This document shows positions 1 to 6,110 of a stretch of DNA of 32,000 bases, in pieces. A program made the translations under genes and the position numbers. The notes under the pieces are model-generated. The model was given only the letters and a program-made list of their open reading frames with translations, made no database searches and was not told the DNA's origin. Source of the DNA: Nostoc sp. PCC 7120 = FACHB-418 (GTDB lineage Bacteria; Cyanobacteriota; Cyanobacteriia; Cyanobacteriales; Nostocaceae); assembly GCF_000009705.1 (NCBI RefSeq), contig NC_003272.1, forward strand, positions 1,950,001 through 1,982,000, read 5' to 3'. Numbering within the stretch: the first letter of the stretch is position 1; every line of letters begins with the position of its first letter.

Positions 1-674
1 CACTCTGGATATTTTCTTTGCAACAAATAAGCGTATTTATTTAAAATTTCATTAGCTAATGAGTAGTCAGATTGACCGACATTGCCATAAAAAGAAACAA
101 AAGAAGAAAATAAAGCAATAAACTTTAATTGTGCGATATCGACACAATTTATTAAACTGTGTAAACCTTCTATTTTTACATTATAAACAGTTTGAAAATC
201 CTGTTCTGTTTTATGCTCAATTAACTTGTCTGCCAGATTTCCTGCCCCATGAATAATACCTGTAATTCTTCCCAAGCGTGCGACGACAGGAGCTAATGCA
301 GATTTTAAAGCAGAGGTATCTGTCACATCAATACTTAAATATTCTGCTTCACCGCCTCCTTGTTTAATATCAGCTAGGGTTTGATAAATTTCCCGACTTT
401 GGCATATTTTTTTATAAAGATTCTGCACTTTTATGGGCGTTGGTTTTTCTTGCTGCTCTATTAAATGTTGCATAATTCGTTTTTTTAACTCCGACTCATC
501 AACACAACCAATGCTCCATTCCGGTTCTGTTGCTAAAATTGCAGAACGACCCAACAGAATAAATTTGCACTGATATTTTCGAGCCAAATAAATAATACAT
601 TCCGATGTGATTCCTCTGCCACCACCACTGACAACAACGACAGATGATGAATTTAGTTTAGTATGAGTATTCAT
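1..674 (-). CDS. Ketoreductase (SDR) catalytic subunit, PKS/PUFA-synthase type; partial, 3' end lies beyond the left window edge
   Basis: Not in the supplied ORF track because it runs off the edge. Minus-strand ATG at 674-672. An in-frame stop 10 codons upstream (707-705) means the frame opens at 704. My translation is MNTHTKLNSSSVVVVSGGGRGITSECIIYLARKYQCKFILLGRS...IHGAGNLADK...FSSFVSFYGNVGQSDYSLANE. It contains a Rossmann NADPH motif (SGGGRGIT) and the PKS-KR catalytic Tyr/Asn region (GQxxYxxAN). Confidence 0.8.
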   Translation of the reverse strand, partial: MNTHTKLNSSSVVVVSGGGRGITSECIIYLARKYQCKFILLGRSAILATEPEWSIGCVDESELKKRIMQHLIEQQEKPTPIKVQNLYKKICQSREIYQTLADIKQGGGEAEYLSIDVTDTSALKSALAPVVARLGRITGIIHGAGNLADKLIEHKTEQDFQTVYNVKIEGLHSLINCVDIAQLKFIALFSSFVSFYGNVGQSDYSLANEILNKYAYLLQRKYPE

Positions 675-937
675 GATGAGAATTAAGTAATTGCCAGTTT
701 TTATTTATCGACTACAACTGTTAAATGAAACGAGTAATAATATCATGTTCGTCCAAATTCAAATAATATCTGTGGCGCTTGGTAGTTGGTAATGGGTAAT
801 AGTGAAAAATACCTGTTAGCTATTACCCCACATCAAACCAAATTATATGTAATTAGCCGAACTTGATATAATCTATTGCTAATGGACAAAATTTAACTGG
901 AGTTTAGTTGAGATTATTTTCCTAAACTCCTGACAAT

Positions 938-1699
938 TTAAACTCCTAAATCAGCCAATTCACAAGTCAAAGTAACACGACCTTTTGTGGTATAGCCCAC
1001 TTCTTGAATTAAGGCATTGGGATCATGTAGTTCTGCCAGAATAATTTGAGCAGTAGTAGCTGCATCTAAATCAGGGCTAATATCAAGGGAACGACAAAAT
1101 ACAGCAGGCCACTCTAAATTTAAGGTTTTGGTTAATCCAAATAATCCGCCACTAACTGCACTAAAATCCTGTTGTCCACTTAATCCAAACTCTCCATCTA
1201 AATGAGCCAAAGTCAGAAAACTGCTCCTTCCTTGGTTTGCCGCTTGAGTGAGGCTAGATTTGAGATGTTTGGCTAATAAAAATACTTGCTTAAGAATTGC
1301 CTTATCAGGATTTACTAGAGTATCTGGTTGATTGTAAAGGTACTGGCTGATAGGGTGTAAATGGATAAAAGTGCCAATCAAACCGTAGGTCTGGAAAATC
1401 CCTGCTAATTGATCTTGTAAATGTTCTTCGCTCAAATTGGTCAGAATTACTCGGTGAACTGTAGCAGGAAGGATAGGACGCTTAGGAACTAAAGAATTTG
1501 GGAAACTGAGAACTATAACCTGCCATCCGCGATCGCTTAAACATTGAGCCACTTCAGTCGTGGTTGATGAACCATCGTCGGTTAATAAACAAGTTTGGTA
1601 AGGAGTGTTAGGAACATTCCAAAAATCAGGGGCGGGTAAAGACATCAGTTTCACCTGGTAACGTCCAATCTCTCCATGACTCCGAGGATTCGGAGCCAC
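938..1699 (-). CDS. KR structural (pseudo-KR, no NADPH motif) subdomain-like protein; start uncertain
   Basis: The ORF track gives 938..1825, but its first 42 codons overlap the ACP end of the upstream gene in another frame. Likely starts are GTG at 1699 (10 nt after the upstream stop) or ATG at 1645 (AGGTGA 5 nt upstream). The sequence CLLTDDGSSTTTEVAQCLSDRGWQVIVLSF...GGLFGLTKTLNLEWPAVFCRSLDI resembles the truncated-Rossmann structural half of type I PKS/PfaA ketoreductases. Confidence 0.55.
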   Translation of the reverse strand: MAPNPRSHGEIGRYQVKLMSLPAPDFWNVPNTPYQTCLLTDDGSSTTTEVAQCLSDRGWQVIVLSFPNSLVPKRPILPATVHRVILTNLSEEHLQDQLAGIFQTYGLIGTFIHLHPISQYLYNQPDTLVNPDKAILKQVFLLAKHLKSSLTQAANQGRSSFLTLAHLDGEFGLSGQQDFSAVSGGLFGLTKTLNLEWPAVFCRSLDISPDLDAATTAQIILAELHDPNALIQEVGYTTKGRVTLTCELADLGV

Positions 1700-1709
1700 A
1701 TTAACTAAG

Positions 1710-4700
1710 CTATTTTTTTTCTGCCACCATGATTTGTCCTGCCAAATATTGGACAATTTGTGCCAGGGTACGCTTTTCCGCCAGTTCTTCGGGGCTAAGT
1801 TTGGGTAACTGAGGAAAAGATTCATGTAGAGTTCCCATAATTTCTACACGCTTGATGGAGTCCACGCCTAAATCCGCTTCTAAATCCATCTCTAATTCCA
1901 ACATTTCTGTAGGATAACCAGTTTTATCACTGACAACCTCCATTAATGCTCGGCTAATGTAACTTTCACTAGCCGCAGGAGAAGCAGTTTCAGTGACAAC
2001 TAATGTGGGTTGAGGAGTAGGGGCAGAATAACGAGGCTCTAAATAGTTGGCAATATGGGAGATATGAACGGGTTCAGCTACAGGTGCAGGAGTTACCTTG
2101 GGAGATTCCACTACAGGTGCAACAGGGGTCTTGGGAAGTTCTACCACAGAAGCGACGGGTGTCTGGGGAAGTTCCACCACTGGTGCTGGGACAACAACTG
2201 TTTGCTCCGCAATAGCAGAGGTTGAACCTTGAGGAATAAGAACTTCCTGTTGTTGCAGTAATTGTAGAAATGCTTGAAAACTCTGGGATTGAGTCTTCAC
2301 GTATTGTTCGTGAACCTGTAGCATTTCTTTTTGATGTTGATAAAACTGTTGGAAAAGATAGGCGACAGTATTATGAGTAGAGTTATTCATGGTATTTGTT
2401 TCGTCCTTAGAGATAATAAGTTGGTAATCAGATTGATGGTAAATTTCTCCTAGAGATACCGACTCTTCCATCACAGAGACGGGGGTAATGGCAATCTCAT
2501 CATTTGATGAAGCCACTAAAGGTTGAGCAGGGGAATCTGAAACAACAGTTGCTGCATCAGAAGCAACCTGATCAAGAGGGGTGGAAGCTAGCTGCACTAC
2601 AGGCTCAGGTTTGAAAGCAAATTCAAAGGCAGCTTTTGTTTTGTCACTGATGTAGTTGGTGGCATTGAGCTTAATAGATAATCCTTTAGATTTGCTTTTT
2701 TGAGCAGGCAATTTTCGGGGAGAAGCATCAAGATCCTCCAGGGACAATCCCATTACTCGTAGTTGGATGACTCCTTGACGCAGTTGGACATCACTGTCTT
2801 TTTGGCGACTGGGGTTGAGGGCAATGGCTATATGGGGGCGATCGCCTAATGTCTGCTTAACTAAGTTGGTGAGAATTTGTCGGGGGCCAATTTCAACAAA
2901 GCAATATCCTCCTTGGGCGTAAAGATTTTCGATTTCCTGTGCAAACTGAACGGCATTTAAAAGATGGGCTTCCAACAGTTGCCTGATGGCAGTTGCCTCC
3001 GTCGGATAGGCGTTACCCGTCATGTTTGCATAGACAGGAATTTGAGGAGTATTAAAGGTCACCCGATTGAGCGCCTCTGCAAAGGGTTGACTTGCATGGC
3101 GAACAAAGGGGGTGTGAAAAGCAGCAGAAACAGTTAAAGGAGTAACAGTGTAGCCCTGTTTGCTTAATACTTTCTCTAGGGCGGCAATTTCGGGTTTAGA
3201 ACCAGACAGTACTACTTGTTCTGGAGCATTATAATTAGCAATCTGCACCTTAGTCATACCGGCGATCAGTTGCTTAATTTTTGCCACATCACCACTGACG
3301 GCCAACATCGTACCGCGATCGCAATCATGAGACCCTTGGGGAATAGTCATGGCTTGCCCCCTGGCTTTGATCAGGTAACAATAATCCTCATCACTAAACA
3401 CCCCAGCCGCCCAAAGTGCAGTTAATTCCCCAAAGCTATGACCAGCCACAAAATCGGGCTTAAATCCTACTTTCTGCAAGATTTTATACAATCCCAGGCT
3501 CAAGGCTCCAATGGCAGGTTGAGCGTTTTCTGTGCGCTGTAATTGTTGGGACTGTTGCTTGATTGTTTCTGGGCTAAAGGCAGGAATTGGAAAGACTACA
3601 TCAGACAAAGCTGGCAAGTTATCCTGAGCCATCAACTGATCCAGAGCTTGATAAGCTTGTTGTATCTCTGGGAAGTTCAAGCTAATTTCTCGCCCCATGT
3701 TCAGATATTGCGACCCTTGACCGGGGAACAAAGCTACAACTTTACCCTTGAGAGATAAACCAGTTTGGCGGTAGTAAATCCCTTGGGGATGTTCCCAGGC
3801 AAAAGCCTGGGGCTGTATTTGCAGTTGTTTAATCGCTGCTTTTAGTAATTTTTGGGCTTCTTCTAGAGAGGTAGCCACAAAGCCCACACGGGCAGATGTT
3901 TCGGGGATGAGGGCTGTTTTGCTGTGATTTTGCAGTTGATTATATTGTTCGCCGCCGTTGTCAGATTGCAGTTGCTCAAGAGTCGCTTGACACTTTTGAG
4001 ATAATTGTTGTGGCGTATCAGCCCACAATAAAATAGATTGGGCTGTGGAATGGATGCGATCGCCTCCTTGGGGAAGTGTCGGGGTATATTCTTCCAAAAC
4101 CACATGATAGTCAGTGCCGCCAAATCCAAAAGAACTGACCCCCGCCCGTCTAGGAATGTCGCCATTTTGTATCCAGGGACGAGTTTCTGTATTGATATAA
4201 AAGGGAGACTCTTCTATTTTGAATTTCGGATTAGGTTGGGTGACATTAATGGTCGGTGGCAGGATTTTATGGTGTAAGGCTAGGGTCGCTTTGATTAAAC
4301 TAGCAGCGCCAGCAGCAGCTTTGGTGTGACCGATTTGAGATTTAACACTACCAAGAGCGATTTGTTGTTTTCCTGCCTGATTTTCCGTCAAAACTTGATT
4401 GAGGGCGGTAAATTCACAGAAGTCACCAGCTGGCGTACCTGTACCATGAGCTTCCATTAATCCTAAAGTCGCAGGAGAAAAGCCTGCATCTTCATAGGCT
4501 CGCCGTAAAGCTCGCACTTGTCCCTCAACACGGGGCGCATAGATACTTTTATAGCGACCATCACTGGCAGTGCCAATACCTTTTATTACTGCATAGATGC
4601 GATCGCCATCCCGTTCTGCATCTGCCAACCGCTTGATAACTAACATTCCTAATCCTTCTCCCACCATCATGCCGTCGGATGTAGCATCAAAGGGATTAAG

Positions 4701-5501
4701 ATAGTCTTTTTTAGAAAAAGCTGGGGTTTTACTGAAACACATATAGTTGAGGATGGAGTTGTCTGTGTCAAAGCCCCCGGTCAACATCATGTCACAACGA
4801 CCTTCAATCAGTTCACTAATTGCCATTTTTAAAGCACTTAAAGAACTAGCACAAGCCGCATCAACAACACAGTTAGTTCCTCCCAAATCTAGACGATTGG
4901 TAATTCTTCCTGCGACCACATTAGGCAACATACCTGGGAAAGAATTTTCTGTCCACGGTACAAAAGCTGCCTGCATTTTTTCAATAATTTTTTCGGTCTG
5001 TTCTGCGGATAGACCACTATTTTTTAAAACTTTTTCCCAAACGGGATATTGTAAACGAGCAGTTAAGGGAGTAATACTTTTCCAAAGTCCACTAGCCCCT
5101 AAAATTACTCCTGTTGTTTCTCGATTAAATTCTTTTCCTTCACTATAACCAGCATCTTTCAATGCTTGTTTTGCCAATACCAACGCTAATAAATTTGCTG
5201 AATCCAAAGCTTCAAGAGTATCCGGTGGCAATCCAAATTCTAAGGGATCAAAATCGATTTCTGGGAGAAATCCCCCTGCTCTGGCGTAAGTTTTATCAGG
5301 CGTACTGGGGTCTGGATCATAATAATCTTTAAGGCTCCAAGCTGTTTCTGGAACTTCAGAAATACCGTTGATTCTAGCTAGTATATTGTCCCAATATTGT
5401 TGTAAATTCTCTGCTTTGGCAAACAAGGCTGACATACCAATAATGGCAATAGGTGTTTGTTGTAAAGCGGAATTTTTCAGGGTCTTTTGTTGTGTATCCA
5501 T
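1710..5501 (-). CDS. HglE/PfaA-like polyketide synthase, KS-AT-(Pro-rich repeat linker)-ACP
   Basis: 1263 aa. KS motifs: DAACASS, EAHGTGTPAGD, GHTKAAAG. AT motifs: GHSFGELTALWAAG and SAAFHTPF. The single ACP has LGVDSIKRVEI, typical of PUFA-synthase/heterocyst-glycolipid-synthase carrier domains. The N-terminus (TPIAIIGMSALFAKAENLQQYWDNIL) is PfaA/HglE-like rather than modular-PKS-like. Confidence 0.9.
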   Translation of the reverse strand: MDTQQKTLKNSALQQTPIAIIGMSALFAKAENLQQYWDNILARINGISEVPETAWSLKDYYDPDPSTPDKTYARAGGFLPEIDFDPLEFGLPPDTLEALDSANLLALVLAKQALKDAGYSEGKEFNRETTGVILGASGLWKSITPLTARLQYPVWEKVLKNSGLSAEQTEKIIEKMQAAFVPWTENSFPGMLPNVVAGRITNRLDLGGTNCVVDAACASSLSALKMAISELIEGRCDMMLTGGFDTDNSILNYMCFSKTPAFSKKDYLNPFDATSDGMMVGEGLGMLVIKRLADAERDGDRIYAVIKGIGTASDGRYKSIYAPRVEGQVRALRRAYEDAGFSPATLGLMEAHGTGTPAGDFCEFTALNQVLTENQAGKQQIALGSVKSQIGHTKAAAGAASLIKATLALHHKILPPTINVTQPNPKFKIEESPFYINTETRPWIQNGDIPRRAGVSSFGFGGTDYHVVLEEYTPTLPQGGDRIHSTAQSILLWADTPQQLSQKCQATLEQLQSDNGGEQYNQLQNHSKTALIPETSARVGFVATSLEEAQKLLKAAIKQLQIQPQAFAWEHPQGIYYRQTGLSLKGKVVALFPGQGSQYLNMGREISLNFPEIQQAYQALDQLMAQDNLPALSDVVFPIPAFSPETIKQQSQQLQRTENAQPAIGALSLGLYKILQKVGFKPDFVAGHSFGELTALWAAGVFSDEDYCYLIKARGQAMTIPQGSHDCDRGTMLAVSGDVAKIKQLIAGMTKVQIANYNAPEQVVLSGSKPEIAALEKVLSKQGYTVTPLTVSAAFHTPFVRHASQPFAEALNRVTFNTPQIPVYANMTGNAYPTEATAIRQLLEAHLLNAVQFAQEIENLYAQGGYCFVEIGPRQILTNLVKQTLGDRPHIAIALNPSRQKDSDVQLRQGVIQLRVMGLSLEDLDASPRKLPAQKSKSKGLSIKLNATNYISDKTKAAFEFAFKPEPVVQLASTPLDQVASDAATVVSDSPAQPLVASSNDEIAITPVSVMEESVSLGEIYHQSDYQLIISKDETNTMNNSTHNTVAYLFQQFYQHQKEMLQVHEQYVKTQSQSFQAFLQLLQQQEVLIPQGSTSAIAEQTVVVPAPVVELPQTPVASVVELPKTPVAPVVESPKVTPAPVAEPVHISHIANYLEPRYSAPTPQPTLVVTETASPAASESYISRALMEVVSDKTGYPTEMLELEMDLEADLGVDSIKRVEIMGTLHESFPQLPKLSPEELAEKRTLAQIVQYLAGQIMVAEKK
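1713..1720 (-). repeat. A8 homopolymer (T8 on + strand) immediately 5' of the stop codon of the KS-AT-ACP gene
   Basis: Read directly. The minus strand is ...atg gtg gca gaa aaa aaa tag. The downstream ORF frame reads tgg tgg cag aaa aaa aat agc through the same bases, so the two frames are offset by one nucleotide. Confidence 0.9.
2082..2180 (-). repeat. Three tandem 33-nt (11-aa) Pro-rich repeats in the linker preceding the ACP
   Basis: The translation reads VVELPQTPVAS / VVELPKTPVAP / VVESPKVTPAP. The DNA repeat is visible at 2082-2180 (gtggtggaacttccccagac...). Confidence 0.85.
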
Positions 5502-5712
5502 GTTCCTTTTGTCTTCTCCAATAATGAGTAGTAGGGAAAATATTAGAGGCTTGTAATTTACATATTCTTTTGGGGTTAGATATATTGAATCAACTCAATT
5601 GGTCTAAATTTACGATTTTTGTTTTTGGCATATTCAGTTGTGAATCCTGAATCTATTAACCGTAAATACTGAATTATTTATAACTTCAATATATCTTCTC
5701 TTAATGCTTGAA

Positions 5713-5745
5713 ACAATGGATTATTTTCTGTCAAAAATGGAGATT
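5713..5745 (-). promoter_or_regulatory. Shared 33-nt upstream element, copy proximal to the HglE-like gene
   Basis: The + strand reads acaatggattattttctgtcaaaaatggagatt. Its reverse complement, aatctccatttttgacagaaaataatccattgt, matches 21923-21955 at 32 of 33 positions. It lies 212 nt upstream of the ATG at 5501 and contains TTGACA. Confidence 0.4.
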
Positions 5746-5843
5746 ATTGTTTTTTGCTGTTGGACGATAAAATAAATAAAAATCTGTAGGATATCTTCTA
5801 TTGTCCTTAGTAGTTTTGCATCAAAAAACTAAACTAAATTGCT

Positions 5844-5863
5844 CAAAAATGGAGATTTTTTAT
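5844..5863 (-). promoter_or_regulatory. Second, partial copy of the shared element (20 nt)
   Basis: The + strand reads caaaaatggagattttttat. Its reverse complement, ataaaaaatctccatttttg, is identical to 21917-21936. Confidence 0.35.
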
Positions 5864-6037
5864 TTCTGCACTATGTATCTAACAGTAGATTTATAGGAAT
5901 TATGCACGAAAACGAAAAATCAAGGATTTAGACATGGCTTAAGGGTTCAATGGTATAGGTTTCTGCTAACTTAATACCCTGATTCCCCTACCCACAGCTT
6001 TGATTTTTCGTATCACTGAGGTAGATGCTCAAAAATT

Positions 6038-6062
6038 AACCCTTGCCTACAAGACAAGGGTT
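6038..6062 (-). terminator. Candidate rho-independent terminator after the A-C NRPS gene
   Basis: The minus strand reads AACCCTTG-tcttgtagg-CAAGGGTT followed by aatttttga. That is an 8-bp stem, a 9-nt loop and a T-rich tail, about 50 nt downstream of the stop at 6111. Confidence 0.45.
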
Positions 6063-6110
6063 GTCAGCCATATTTACTTCTATTCTTCTATAAACGCATA
6101 GAGGTGTTAG

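Noticed and set aside
1700-1825. ATG at 1825 as the start of the 938..1825 ORF
   Set aside because: The first 42 codons overlap the conserved ACP C-terminus of the upstream gene in another frame and encode non-domain-like sequence (MNLFLSYPNLAPKNWRK...). A start at 1699 or 1645, or a frameshift fusion, is more plausible.
3216-5556. Plus-strand ORFs inside the HglE-like gene (3216-3425, 3543-3758, 4038-4277, 4747-5148, 5368-5556) and the minus-strand out-of-frame ORF 3863-4165
   Set aside because: All are embedded in, or antisense to, a long ORF with unambiguous KS/AT/ACP motifs. Their translations are low-complexity with no recognisable motifs, so they are shadow ORFs.
5823-5836. 13-14-nt match aaaaaactaaact shared with 21967-21980
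   Set aside because: A low-complexity A-rich 13-mer: several such matches are expected by chance in 32 kb, and its orientation is inconsistent with the 33-nt element.
5874-5889. NtcA-like box tGTAtctaacagTAGa upstream of the HglE-like gene
   Set aside because: It has TAG instead of TAC in the second half-site, and I could not pair it with a properly spaced -10 element. A match of this quality is expected by chance in AT-rich DNA.
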